A stretch of DNA of 64,000 nucleotides. Origin: Candidatus Krumholzibacteriia bacterium (GTDB lineage Bacteria > Krumholzibacteriota > Krumholzibacteriia > Krumholzibacteriales > Krumholzibacteriaceae). The notes beneath the pieces are model-generated. The model saw nothing but the letters and a program-made list of their open reading frames with translations, ran no database searches and was not told the origin of the DNA. The DNA lies in assembly GCA_963836185.1 (NCBI GenBank), contig CAWIIQ010000001.1:192001-256000 (forward strand), in the 5' to 3' direction. Of the stretch, positions 1-12,266 are shown in pieces; positions within the stretch are counted from its first letter, which is position 1; each line of letters begins with the position of its first letter. Made by a program: the position numbers and the translations under genes.

Positions 1-189
1 GGCGCCGATGCTCGAGAATCCCTTTACAAAGGTTTCCTGCGCTATATCGTCGCTGTCTGTCGTGTTTCCCAGGATTCCGATGCACACGGCGTAGACCCTT
101 CTCGAATGCCTCCGGACCAGGCCGGCGAATGCCTGCCTGTCCCCGTCTCGGCTTGCTGTGACCAGATACTCGTCTGTTCTCTCGTTCAC
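1..189 (-). CDS. ECF-type RNA polymerase sigma factor, N-terminal part (runs off window)
   Basis: Hand translation from GTG at 189: MNERTDEYLVTASRDGDRQAFAGLVRRHSRRVYAVCIGILGNTTDSDDIAQETFVKGF. This is the typical ECF region 2 pattern (GD..AF..LV..H...VY; DD..QETF). Purine-rich RBS upstream. Not in the ORF track. Confidence 0.9.
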   Translation of the reverse strand, partial: MNERTDEYLVTASRDGDRQAFAGLVRRHSRRVYAVCIGILGNTTDSDDIAQETFVKGFSSIGA

Positions 190-213
190 GGGAGCTCCCT
201 TTCTCACATACAG

Positions 214-240
214 GACGAGTGGGAGGGCCGGATCATGTCA
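214..240 (-). promoter_or_regulatory. Candidate ECF (autoregulatory) promoter TGACAT-N17-CGTC
   Basis: Minus strand reads TGACAT gatccggccctcccact CGTC just upstream of the ECF gene; resembles SigW/SigX-type TGAAAC-N16/17-CGT promoters. Confidence 0.45.
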
Positions 241-462
241 GGAATATTGTTCTGATAATGTCCGCGAGGAGTGTATCATACCCGAAACCCCTATTTGCAA
301 TCTTTACATATTCGGCGGGAATATGATATAATCCCTGTATAAGTGGTGAAAAAACAACTTCTTGCATTTTAAATACGAGCGATGGCCGTCCAATAACATT
401 CTGTCGGGTGTCAACGTTGGATTACATCATGGTACTGCCCGGAAAGGAGCCCGTTACCGATC

Positions 463-3400
463 ATGATCGATAATCCCCTTCGGCCGATTCCGGGACTCGT
501 ATATCTCCTTGTCTCTATCACGCTGATCGTGCTCATCTGCCCGGCTCCCCTTCATGCGCAGGACCCGGTGATGGATTTTATTATCGCCGCTGACTCGATC
601 TACCGGGACAGCGGTGAAGACGCGCTGGCGTGGTATGTCGGTGAAAACAAAGCCATCGTCGGTGCGGCGGTCCATCAGCTGATAGATATCGCGATCATCG
701 TCGGCGATCAGGGAAGCGCCGCCGATGAGAAGGACAATATGGAATTTGCCGCGATCGTCGCCCGCATCTACCGTGATGCCGGGGGAGACCCGGCACCGTT
801 CGACCTGGTCGGTGTCTACCGCGGGTGGACCCCCGGGCAGCGGAAGTCCCGGGCGAAGGCGAAGGCTCTCGAGGAGGAGGCGGCCGAAGCCCGCAAGGCC
901 AAAGAGTACGAAAAGGCAGCAGGCCTCTTCGCGCAGGCGCTGGATATATACAGAGAGACAGGCGACACGTATTCCGAGGCGATAGTCTACGGGAGTTACG
1001 GCGTCCTCTACTGGTACGCCGGCGATTTCGATTCGGTTTTCGAATATTACAGGCAGGCCCTGGCGGCCCGCCGCGTGATAGACGACGGTATCCTCGAGGG
1101 AAGGACTCTCAACGGTATCGGCACGGCCAATTTTATCACTGGCAGGTACGATTCGGCTGAAGTCTATTATCGCCGGGCGATCGATCTGCGGCGCGAAACG
1201 GGTGATCTGGGAGGACTGGGCACATCGCTGACATATCTCGGAAATACATACTCGAGGATGGGACGTCTCTCCGCCGCCCGCGATTCTTACGAGGAGGCCG
1301 CACTCCTCGTAGGGAGCCTCGGGAACGAGACCCAGCAGATGGACCTGCTCAACAGTGTGGCGAACCTCTACGCGGAGATGGGCAGGCTCTCCAGGTCGGA
1401 CGAATCGTACCGCGAGGCGCTCGGTATCGCTGTTTCAACGCAGAACGTTCCGTACGAGATCGCGATCCGGATGAACATCTCGCTCAACGCCGTCAACGAG
1501 GAACGATACGGAGAGGCGATGAGGGAACTCGATACGGTCGGCACGCTGCTCGAGAGCACCCCCGATCCGGTATATTCGGCTGAACTCTTCAAGGTCCGCG
1601 GACGCGTCTATTACAAGACCGGTGAGCTCGAACACGCGAGGGACGATCTGCTCGCCTTTCTCGCCGCGGCGAAGGAGCTCGAGAATCCCGTGCTCGAGAC
1701 CGAGGCGATGGTGAACATTGGGTACCTCTACTTCGGCCTGAGAGCGTTCGACAGGGGACTGGTTTTCGCCGATTCGGCCCTGGTGAAGGCCGGGCAGCTC
1801 GATTCAGCCGAGCTGCTGAACCATGCCCATTCCCTCGCGGCTCAGCTTGAAGAAGCGCGCGGAAACTATCCGGAGGCCCTCGGCCACTGGAAGTCGGCCC
1901 TCGAGTTCAACCGGGAAGCGGGGGCGGAACAATGGATGGTCCTCGACGAGATCGGCATAGCGACAGTCACGGCCCGGTCCGGTGAGACGGAAAAGGCCCG
2001 GGGCCTCTTCATCGGCCTTCTTCCGCGCGTCCGCGAGACAGGGATGAACGAGCTCGAATCGAATATATGGATGGGGATAGCGCATACTTTCGAGGATTCT
2101 GATCCTGACAGCGCGAAACACTATTACAAGCGCGCCCTGTCGTTGATAGAAGAGACAGGTATGGAAACGGAAAGCGCGGAGCTCGGCGCTGGCCTTCTCG
2201 GCGGGTCGGTCAGATTCTACTACGAAGAGGTCGCGCGGTATTTCGCCCGGATGGCCGCACGGACGGGAGATGAGGAGTGGTCCTCGGAGGCGTTCAGTAC
2301 GATCGAAAGGGCAAAGTCGAGAGGGCTTCTCGAGCTCCTCGAATCCTCGCTCTCCATGGAGTATTCCGGTCAGGAGGATGCGGTCCTCGATTCGATATAT
2401 GGCCTCGATCCGGCATCGGCATCTTACAGGGCGGACCTTGAAAGGCTCGAGCGCGACTACAGGAATATAAGAGAGGATAGGGTCGCGGCGGCGACAGGGA
2501 ACCTTTCCGCCGCCACGGATATCGTCGACCTCGGATCGGTCAGCGATCTGCTGCCGAAGAAGACGGTGATGTTCGCCTACGCGCTTGGGGACAGCGCCTC
2601 GCAGCTCTGGGTCATCGACCGCAAGGGGCACGATCTCTACGAGCTCCCGGGAAGGGCCGAGCTGTCCCGTGACACCGGCATGCTTGCCGAGGCTCTTGTC
2701 AGGCCTGGAGCGGGCGACGCGCGCCTGAAAGGGCAGGCCCGGAAACTGTACAGGACGCTGATCGAGCCCGGCGGCAGGCGTCTCGAGAAAGCGAAGTATC
2801 TCGTCATCGTTCCAGACGGGTGCCTCTTCGAAATCCCCTTCGAGGTACTGCTCGAGGAGGATATCGATGAGGGCGCCGCGTGGGACGGTATGCCTTTCCT
2901 GGCCCGATCGCGTTCCCTGATCTACGCCCCCTCGGCGTCTGTCTTCGTGGGGCTCCGCGGGAAGAAGAGGATGAAGAAGTACGATACGGATATCCTGGCT
3001 GCCGGTGATCCCGACTATTCATACCTCGGTGAAGGCAGTGAGCGTCCTTTAAGGCCGCTTCCCAATACCCGCGCGGAGGTCGAGGGGATCTCAGGACTAT
3101 TCAAGGAAGATAGGCGGATAATACTTACCGGTACCGGGGCGAGCGAAGCCGCGATAAAGAGGAACATCACCGATCATCCTTCACGCATGATACATATCGC
3201 GGCGCACGGCCTGGTCGACCCCGTAACGCCGGCCGCATCGAGCATCGCCCTTTCGGCCTCGCCGGGCGACGGGGAGGACGGCTTTCTTCATACGCTCGAG
3301 ATACTCGCGCTGCCCGTCGAGTCTCGCCTCGTCGTACTCTCGGCATGTGAAACGGCGACCGGCCGCGTGAGCAGGGGAGAGGGCGTCGTCGGATTAAGCA

Positions 3401-3633
3401 GGGCGTTTCTCGGCGCCGGCGCGTCGGCGGTGGTGTCGAGCCTCTGGGCGGTGCCCGATGAATCGACCGCCGAGTTGATGAGATCTTTCTACGGTTACAT
3501 GGCGGGAAAGAAGAAACCCGCCTTTGAGGCGATAAACGAGGCCCGCAAAGAGCTTCTAGAGAGCGGGGAGTATTCACATCCGTTCCACTGGGCCTCATTC
3601 ATCGTAATAGGTACGGAGAAGTCACCACATTAA
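463..3633 (+). CDS. TPR-repeat CHAT (caspase-like, clan CD) protease with N-terminal signal peptide
   Basis: Hydrophobic leader ending PLHA-QD; long TPR array; CHAT motifs LVIVPDG, HIAAHG (His), LSACET (Cys), SSLWAV, HPFHWASF. Confidence 0.93.
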   Translation: MIDNPLRPIPGLVYLLVSITLIVLICPAPLHAQDPVMDFIIAADSIYRDSGEDALAWYVGENKAIVGAAVHQLIDIAIIVGDQGSAADEKDNMEFAAIVARIYRDAGGDPAPFDLVGVYRGWTPGQRKSRAKAKALEEEAAEARKAKEYEKAAGLFAQALDIYRETGDTYSEAIVYGSYGVLYWYAGDFDSVFEYYRQALAARRVIDDGILEGRTLNGIGTANFITGRYDSAEVYYRRAIDLRRETGDLGGLGTSLTYLGNTYSRMGRLSAARDSYEEAALLVGSLGNETQQMDLLNSVANLYAEMGRLSRSDESYREALGIAVSTQNVPYEIAIRMNISLNAVNEERYGEAMRELDTVGTLLESTPDPVYSAELFKVRGRVYYKTGELEHARDDLLAFLAAAKELENPVLETEAMVNIGYLYFGLRAFDRGLVFADSALVKAGQLDSAELLNHAHSLAAQLEEARGNYPEALGHWKSALEFNREAGAEQWMVLDEIGIATVTARSGETEKARGLFIGLLPRVRETGMNELESNIWMGIAHTFEDSDPDSAKHYYKRALSLIEETGMETESAELGAGLLGGSVRFYYEEVARYFARMAARTGDEEWSSEAFSTIERAKSRGLLELLESSLSMEYSGQEDAVLDSIYGLDPASASYRADLERLERDYRNIREDRVAAATGNLSAATDIVDLGSVSDLLPKKTVMFAYALGDSASQLWVIDRKGHDLYELPGRAELSRDTGMLAEALVRPGAGDARLKGQARKLYRTLIEPGGRRLEKAKYLVIVPDGCLFEIPFEVLLEEDIDEGAAWDGMPFLARSRSLIYAPSASVFVGLRGKKRMKKYDTDILAAGDPDYSYLGEGSERPLRPLPNTRAEVEGISGLFKEDRRIILTGTGASEAAIKRNITDHPSRMIHIAAHGLVDPVTPAASSIALSASPGDGEDGFLHTLEILALPVESRLVVLSACETATGRVSRGEGVVGLSRAFLGAGASAVVSSLWAVPDESTAELMRSFYGYMAGKKKPAFEAINEARKELLESGEYSHPFHWASFIVIGTEKSPH

Positions 3634-3693
3634 AGCGGCTGCCGCCCACCTTCCCGCGGAGCGGCCGACATTGAAATCAGGAGGGGGAACCTG

Positions 3694-6600
3694 ATGAGGA
3701 CTGTAACGGTTTTCTGCTGCGTCATCTGTATCATTCTATCCATTCTTACACCTTCGATTATTCACGCGGACGAGAATCAGCTCGTCAAGATGATGCCAAT
3801 AAAGGGAGGAGCTCCTCCAGGCGCGCTCAGAGTGACGTCACCTGGAAGCTCGGGTCCGCGGCTTGTAGCTTACCTGGACGCGGGCCTGACGCAGAGGACC
3901 GCTTGCCTCGCAGTCGGTGATACCGCGAATGTATACGTGGTCGTTGAAAATATCACCGGACCGCTCGAGAGTATAAGATACATGCTGGCCCTCGCGCCCG
4001 ACTTTTCCACCATCCTGGAGGAAACAGTCGAGGCAGGCGCCGCTACAGGTGATGCCCTCAGCGGAATCAATATTGATTTTGCGGCGCCGGCCGACGCATC
4101 AGGTCAACTGCTTCTGCAGACTTTAAAGATCTTCATTTCGCATGATTGTTCCGGGGGATGTGACGACGCAGACTACGGGGTTTACTTCCGCTCTCATCCG
4201 GACGACATGGGCGAGTTTGACGCGACCGCCGAGGTCACCTGGCGCGGACGGATCGTGGTTTACAGCCACAGGTCCCTCACCTGCGATGATGACGGTATGC
4301 CGAATCTCGAAATAGTCTCATTCACAACACCGGACACCGCGATGCTGAATGATGACATCGTGTCCGGACTCAGCCTTACAGTGCGGAATTCCGGTGCGGA
4401 CGATATGAATGATTCGTACGGCCTTGTTCTCCGCATCGTCGAAGATACGACCACGACCAGTGGTGCGACTATCGCTTCAGCGTATGCTCTCGCCCCCCTG
4501 CCGGCAGGGGGAACCGCTTCCATCACATTCGACAGCGCCGTCATCCCTCTGGGGCTACCAACGGGTCCTTTTTATTTCAACGTATTTCTGGAGACGAGCC
4601 TGTACACCTACGAAGAGGACGAGGCGGACAATTATCTGTGGAACCCCGTAGAGTTAATCCCAGATCCTGCGATAGACACGACTTACATCTATGCGGAGGA
4701 TTTCCAGGACGGGGACGGGGGATGGACCGCGGTCGATCTCAATCAGCAGGTCTCTCATTGGCAGCAGGAGGTATACGATGACGCGGGGACGCCGAGAAGC
4801 GTTCTGTGGTGCGGGACGGACGATCCTTCCTTCGCGACTCCTCCCGGGTACGGGAACAGTTGGATCGAAGGGATCGTAAAACAGTTCACGATTCCTTATG
4901 GAGCGCCGACGCTGAGTTTCATGATCCAGTACGACTCCGAACCGGGCTACGACTATACCCGTGTCCAGATCTCGACAAATGGCGTGGATTTCAGCGATCT
5001 CTACACGTTTTCCGGATCTTCGGGCGGGTTCGTCCAGTATGATGCCGACCTTTCCCCGTATGCCAACCAGGTCGTCTGGATAAGGTTCCATTTCACATCC
5101 GACAGCGGCTATTCGGATGAGGATGGCAGTTACGTTTCAAACGGCGCCGTGCGTATCGACTGGGTCTTGATAAGCGATGGAGGCGGCGACGATTTCAATG
5201 CCGGGCTTGACGGGTGGGAACCGGTAGTGCCCGCTTCTCCCGGAGGCGAGTTCCGGCTCGTGTACGATCCGCTCTGCTCGATGGACTATCCCTGCGACCT
5301 GAACGCATCTACCGGCGAGCCCCAGGTGATGTGCAATACATGGGTCGCGTACGACCCCGTTTACGAGAGATTTACGCAGGGAGATGGTGGATTTATCAAC
5401 ATCGTGATCGAATCGCCCGAATTCTCTATTCCGGCTGACGCGATGGATATCATGCTCGAATTCGACGCATATATGGACCTTCCCCTCGGGGGCAATGTCT
5501 TCTCCTCCTGGTATGTGATGTTCGATAATGACGGGAACTGGATAAACGACAGTATGCTCTTGTACGGATCGTACGGATGGTATACCAAACGTATAAGCCT
5601 CGCTCAGTATATCCCACCGGGGGCGAGCAGTATGAAAATACGGCTCGGAGCGATGGAGCATTCGGGCAACACACAGACCCAGGAGCATACAGCCGCTCCA
5701 TATTACGACAATGTCAGGGTATTCGGGATAAGGACCACGGCAGACGGTATCGACATGTCGTCTTTTCCAAGGGACTGCCTGGTGTCTGACGGCGACTGGG
5801 ACGGTGTCGGTGACCTTGCAGATATATGTCCGGCAGAGGATTCGGCTCCGTTCGACCGGGACGGTGACGGGTGCATCGACGGGGCTATCGGAAGCAGGCA
5901 CATCGAGTACGTCTCTGGAGATACACTCGAGTACAAGATATTCCTTTACGGCCATCCCGACATCAGCGACGGCAGCGATATTACCGCCGTGCAGAACGGC
6001 TTCGACGCGTGGAACGCTGTAGGGGGCACCGATCTCACGGCCGTATACGCCGGGACCGTGTCGGATCCGAGGGCGAAGGCGTTCGATGGCATCAACATGG
6101 TGACCTTCTCCGATCCCGAATTCGATTTCCCGATGGGAGTCCTTGCGGTCGGGACATCGACATCTTTCGTCGACCCCGAAAGGTACCAGGAGCATTCTAT
6201 CAGGCCGGGACAGATCGTCGACGCCGACATCATATTCAACCCGAACATGGCCTTCAGCACACCGACCGCCGGTGAGGGCACTGACATACAGAGCGTTGCC
6301 ACTCACGAGGCGGGCCATCTCTTCGGCATCTCGCATTCGGCTGTGCAGACCTCGACGATGTTCTTCGTCCTGCCTCCGGGCACCGAGGCATCCACTCTCG
6401 AGGCGGAGGACAGGATGATGTTCCGTAAGGCTTACGCCGACGAGACGGTGATGGCCTCGGCGAGCAGGCTGAAAGGCACTGTGACAGATGGGGAGACGGG
6501 TCAGCCGGTGCCGGGCGCTATAGTCTACGCGATCGACGCCGCCACGGGCGATTCGCTGGCGAGCGATTTCACGATGGAAGACGGCACTTTTGATTTCTTC

Positions 6601-9600
6601 AGCCTCCCCGACGGCGATTATTACGTCGCGATACATCCTCTCAATGGAAGCTCGAGGATAGGCTACCTGCAGGCGGCAAACATCAACGCGTATATCCGGG
6701 ACATCTACGTCGACCTGTTCGTCCCCGAGTACTACGACGCGGCCGAATCGAACAACGATGACGAGACGGCGATGACGGCCGTTTCAGTGGCTTCGGGTTC
6801 GACCGCGAACATCGCCATCATCACCAATATCGATGAGGAAGGGCCGACGGTCGTGGAGACGTCGCCGGCTCAGGGCGAGACCGGGGTGAAGATCGACGCC
6901 TCGATACTGATCTCCTTCTCCGAACCGATAGATGTCGGGACGCTGCAGGGGAATTTCAGCCTGCGCGACACGGCATCCGGCGAGGCGATCGGAGGGAACG
7001 CGGCGTCGCTCGACGATGATTCGACGCTGGCGTTTATCCCCGCGAGCAATTTCGAGTTTGAGAAGATATACGAGCTGAGACTCGAGACGGGCCTTTCCGA
7101 CAAGTTCGGGAACGGGCTCGCGCTACCTTACTCGGTTTTCTTCACCACAGAGGTCAAACCCGATGTGGGCCTAATGAGCATCATGCCGCGAAAGGGAGTC
7201 GAGGGCGCGGTGGCCGTTATCAGTGGGTACGGCTTCGAGGCCGCTGCTGCGGGGAACACCGTCGATTTCAACGGGACAGAGGCGGTGATCACCGACGCGA
7301 GCGCCACGAGGCTCGTAGTCGAGGTGCCCGAGGGCGCCGTTACGGGTAATGTCACGGTCGAGAACCTCGTCGAGGGAAAGACGAGCAACGCCCTTTCGTT
7401 CACTATACTTTCCGCCGAGGAGGTAGCTCGCGGCTATGAAGCCGGCCTTGCTCCGCTCGGGGCCCATCCCAGGGCGATGGCGGTCTCTCCCGATGGAGTC
7501 GTGATGTTCGTCGCTACAGGGGACGGATATTCGGCGGTCGTGGTAGATCCAGGTTCGGCGGACTATCTCTTGACCCGGGCATTTGCCGTGCCCGGGGGTC
7601 TGGACGGGATAGACGTCACCTCCGACGGCAAGCGTGTCTACGCGATCAGCAGTGAGAACGGGAAACTATACCGCATAAACGGCGAGATGGGGGCCGGAGG
7701 CCTCGATGACCTCGAGGTCCTCAGCGAGATCTCCATGGGGGCGGAGCCGCTCGGGATAATGATAGAGCCCGCGGGCCGCAAGGCATACGTGACGACTTCG
7801 GACAATACCGTGGATGTCTATGATGTCAATCCATCGAGCGCGACATTCGACATGCAGGTCAGCAGGATCGGTTCAGTCGGTGTGAGCCTGAGGGGATGCA
7901 TGACCCTGGATCCGTCAGGCGACATGCTGCTCATACCGACAGGCGAAGGGAAACTCGCTGTCTGCGACACGAGGGGCGACACCCTGGTCGCCTCGATCGA
8001 CGTCGGGCTCGATCCGAGGGACGTGACCGTCGATCCTACGGGGACGAGGGCTTATGTCACCGATGAAAACGGAGTGGCCACAGTCGTCTCTCTCGATATG
8101 CTCGAGAAGGTCGCCGAGGTGCCGACAGGCGGATCGCTCCGCGGAGACGCCGTCACACCGGCCGGCTCGTTCCTCTTTTCGGTCAACCGCGAACTTAACT
8201 TTTACGATGTCATAGACCTGAGGCAGACGAGCCAGACATACCGCAGCGTCATCGCCAATATCAGCCTTCCAGTGAATCCGGTCGATGTCGAGCTCTCGCC
8301 CGACGGGCAGTACGCCTTCGCGATATGCGAGCAGGACATGGTGCTTGCCGTCAACGCGATAGGCGTGGGGCCGACGGTCCATACGATATCCCCTGTCGCC
8401 GGCCCCGAGGGAACGGTGGTCGTCATCGCCGGCACCGGGTTCAGCAGCGATTCCACGGTGGTCGTCTCGTTTAACGGCGTCACTGTCGATCCGGATGTCA
8501 GGAGAGAGAATGTTCTGGTCGCGACCGTTCCGGCAGGAAACGTCACCGGGCCTCTGACAGTTATCGGCGGGAATCCTTTCACTCCTGATGCCGTCTCGAA
8601 CGAGCTCTATTTCGAGGGGCTCTCGGCGATTCCGGGGGACGCGTTCAGAATGGCCGGCCAGGCAGTGGTCCCGGGCCTTTCGGGGAGATCTGTGTATGCT
8701 GACCGACTCGGGCGACATGTCCCTGTTCCTCCTGGAATCCGGTCCTGACCAGCAGCTCTGCGCCTTCGACACCGATCCGTCGAGCGATACATATATGCAG
8801 GTCCTGGGCACGGCGGGCATGCCCGCGGGCTGCTTCGATAGATGAGATCATCACACTGCCTTCCGGTAATCTCGCGCTTGCGCTGGACCGCGGCGCTGGA
8901 AAGACTGGAGAGATCGATCATATCCCACTTGTCGACATCGGGCAGGTTGAGCCCTGGATTCATGACAGGTGCCGGCTCGATAGATGTCTCCGCGATGACG
9001 CAGGGTGTCAGCGGCGCCTGTATCGATCCGTCGGGCGCGCTTCTCGTAGTGGCCGAGTACGGCGACCCGGGAGGTATTGCCGACGCGACCATCCACCTCT
9101 ACCATGTTCGATTCTCAGGGAGACGGAAGTTTCGTTCCGGCTGGCAGCATTCCCATCGCTGGCACGCCAGTCGAGGATCCCGTATTCCATCCATCGGGCC
9201 TGTACTGCTACCTGCCTGTGGCCGATGGCGGCGGGCCCGCGGATCGCCGTGCTCGATACCGATCCTGAAAGTCCGCTGTACCTTACGAAACAGCGGTGAT
9301 GCCTCTTCCCGGCTCGCCTGCCGGCCCTGTCCCCGCTATCGATATCGTTCACGCCGGACGGGCGAGCGGTGCCTCGTCCTCACATGCGATGAGGGCGGAA
9401 CGGAGCAGAGGGATGTCGTCATGGTCGATACCTCCGACCCGGCCGCTCCGGCGGTGAGCCATGTGGAAACGCTGGGCGGCGGCGGTGCCGGAGACTGTCA
9501 TATCGACGTCTCCCCGCTCGGCAGCCGCGCGGTAGCTTCGATAGAAGGCGAAGGGCTCTATCACCTCGAGATCGTCACCGTCGAGGACTCGGTATATTCC

Positions 9601-12201
9601 ATCGGGGGCTACACGGCGGCCGCTTCGATTCCGGCCGGCGACTATTCCGCCGACGGATCGAAGTATTTCTGCGTACTGCCTGAAAGTGATTCATTCGAGG
9701 CGCTCGATTTCTCGGACGCCCGGACTCTCGAGATCGTTTCGGGGAACAGCCAGAGCGGAGTGGCCGGATCGCTTCTTCCCGCGCAGCTGCGCGTCAGGGT
9801 GACCACGTCGATCAGGCGCCGGGCTCGAAGGTGTGCCTGTACGATTCACCGTTTATACGGATAACGGGTATTTCTACAGCAACGGGGATACGGTCAGGAC
9901 CGTGACAACCGATGACGATGGAAGGGCCGGTGTCGAATGGGTGCTCGGCCCGGGCACGGGAACGCAGCATGTGCGGGCCTTTTCGTCCGGCCTGACCGGC
10001 TCGCCGGGAGTATTTTCCGCCGCGGCGCTTGCAGATCCGGAAACTCTTCCGCTGCAGTTTGTCGAGGCGATCCCGTTCGATTCTACGACAGGGGTCAGTG
10101 CTACTACCGCTGTTCGCCTGACATTCAGCAGGCCGGTAGACCCGGCGTCTGTCGATACGACGGTATGCTCGATCACGGAATTCGGCGCGCCCGATCCGGT
10201 CCCCGCGCTGATAGGTTTCTCCGACGGCTATCGCCGCGTCTCGATTACGCCGCGGATGCCTCTCGAGGCGCTTACCGAATATTCGCTGGAGGTGGCAGGA
10301 GGGATCCTCGATGGATCCGGAGGGCCTCTGCAGAATCCGGGAAGGACTGTCTTCAAGACGACCGATCCGCCGCCCCTGCGGATCGACGCTATCTCGCCGC
10401 CCAGCAGCATCAAGGGGATGCAGGTCGTTATCTCGGGCCAGGGATTCGACCGCGATCCGGAGAACAACACAGTCTACTTCAATGACAAGGTCGCCGGAGT
10501 GAACGGGGCCGCCGATGACCATCTTACTATCCTGGTCCCATACGACGCGGAGGGCGGAAACAACGTGGTGCGGGTCGAGACCGGGGGGCAGACATCGAAC
10601 TCCCTGATCTTCAGGGTCCTGTCAGCCGATGTCAGCACTCTGGACGATGACGTATTGAAGAATGTCGGAACAGGCTCATCGACAAGGAGCGTTGTCGTCA
10701 CCCCGGATGGCGCCCTCATGTACGCGGTGAGCCCGACGGCCAATACAGTCATCGTGATAGACATCATGTCGCTCCAGCCGCTGGCCTCTATTCCTGTCGG
10801 CGAGAATCCTTTCTCGATAACGCTCGATCCCGACAGGAGACAGGGCCTATGTAAGCAATTTCCTCGATCACACCGTTTCCGTGATCAACACGGGGCGGTA
10901 CTCGCAGGGATTCAACACGGTAGAAGAGACGGTCGAGGTAGGGCTCAACCCGATCGATGTGCTTGTCACGCCTGACGGGAACAGGCTTGTCGTATCCAAC
11001 CTCGGATCGATGGACCTGAGCATAGTCGATACGGACAGGATGAGCGAGACATACAACATGGTGCTCCATAGTGTCGGTACGGGGACGACGACGAGGACGA
11101 TGACGGTGACTCCCGACGGCGGCCTGCTCTACATAGGCACAAGCGACGGATACCTCGTCGTCAGCGTGCTCGATTTTGGCGTACTCAAGTCGGTCGGCAC
11201 GGGAAGCACGACAAAGTCTGTCACGGTGACGCCTGACGGAGCGCTTCTCATTCTGCTGACCGCCGAGGGCGATGTCCTCTTCATCGACATCGCGGAAGGA
11301 AGCCCGACCGAGGATCATGTAGTCGGCAGCGTCGGAACGGGCACGACGGTAAGATCGGTTACCCTGACTCCTGACGGCGGCCTGCTATATCTCGTGCTGG
11401 AGATGATCGACGCTATCCTCGCGGGCCAGATCGACATACTGACATCCGCCGGGGCGGCCAGCGGCGCGGAGTCCCCTGTCGACATGGTCACTGTGACTGT
11501 CATAGATACGGTCTATGCCGGTGAGGATCCGGCCGAGATCGCGTTCGCGCCGGGCGGGATCGGATATAGCGGTGATCACTAACGCCGGTGACAATACAGT
11601 ATCTATCTACAATCCCGGCGGCATGCCTGTCGGAATCGCCATTTCCAGTTTCGAGGCGAACCTGGCCGAAGATTCCGCTCTTCTCGAATGGCGGACGAAT
11701 TTCGAGGAAAGGATGACGGGATTCCATGTGCTTCGGTCCGAGTTCGCCCTCTTCGGGTACGAGCGTGTGACCGGCGAACCGGTCGCCGCGAAGGGCATAC
11801 CCTCGGATTACAGTTACAGGGATCAAACAGTGCAGCCCCGCAAGAAGTATTACTATAAACTCGAGGCGGTGGGAGAGCTCGGCAGCAGCGAGGAATTCGG
11901 GCCTGTCGAATTCATCTTCATGCCGAGGTTCGTCATGTACCAGAACGTTCCCAACCCGTTCAATCCGGCGACCAAGATCAGTTTCTCCATCCCTGAAAGC
12001 GGCCATGTCGACCTGCGTGTGTATGATGTGGCCGGGCGCCTTATCAGAACGCTCGTCGATGGAAAACTCGCCGCGGATCGCCACGAGGTGATATGGGACG
12101 GCACGAACAACGGGGGAAGAAGGGTTGCGAGCGGCGTCTATTTTTACAGGATCGAAGCGGGGAAACATGAGATGACGAAGAAGATGGTCCTGTTGAGATG
12201 A
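3694..12201 (+). CDS. Giant (~2,800 aa) secreted multidomain metzincin/matrixin metalloprotease; frameshifted in this assembly
   Basis: Signal peptide; CARDB-like Ig; MAM/InhA-like modules; TSP3-like DGDWDGVGD..D.CP; HEAGHLFGISH zinc motif with STMF Met-turn; carboxypeptidase-regulatory, Big_5 and IPT/TIG domains; YncE-like propellers. C-terminal FlgD-Ig tail YQNVPNPFNP...SGVYFYR...KKMVLLR. Pieces 3694-8748, 8588-8845, 8842-9864, 9077-9268, 9833-10975, 10881-11582 and 11515-12201 continue each other. Confidence 0.85.
10660..11400 (+). repeat. Internal beta-propeller blade repeats VGTG(S/T)(S/T)x(R/K)(S/T)xxxTPDG(A/G)L
   Basis: Four near-identical blades: VGTGSSTRSVVVTPDGALMY, VGTGTTTRTMTVTPDGGLLY, VGTGSTTKSVTVTPDGALLI, VGTGTTVRSVTLTPDGGLLY. 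Confidence 0.8.
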
Positions 12202-12266
12202 TTATCAGCATGAACAGCGATGAAAAGACCTGGGAGAGTCTGATGTCTTTACGAAAGGAAAATGAG

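Noticed and set aside
463-3633. CRISPR type III-E Craspase (Csx29) or other anti-phage CHAT system
   Set aside because: No cas genes or repeat-spacer array are visible, and the protein has an export signal.
5137-6636. Long antisense ORFs (e.g. 5137-6636, 22860-24035, 32737-33873, 43594-44454)
   Set aside because: Shadow ORFs expected in GC-rich DNA opposite well-supported genes; no recognisable motifs.
8600-11600. Programmed frameshifting, phase variation or selenocysteine read-through at broken genes
   Set aside because: The breaks are frame changes, not in-frame TGA at Cys positions. I saw no consistent slippery sites or long simple repeats.
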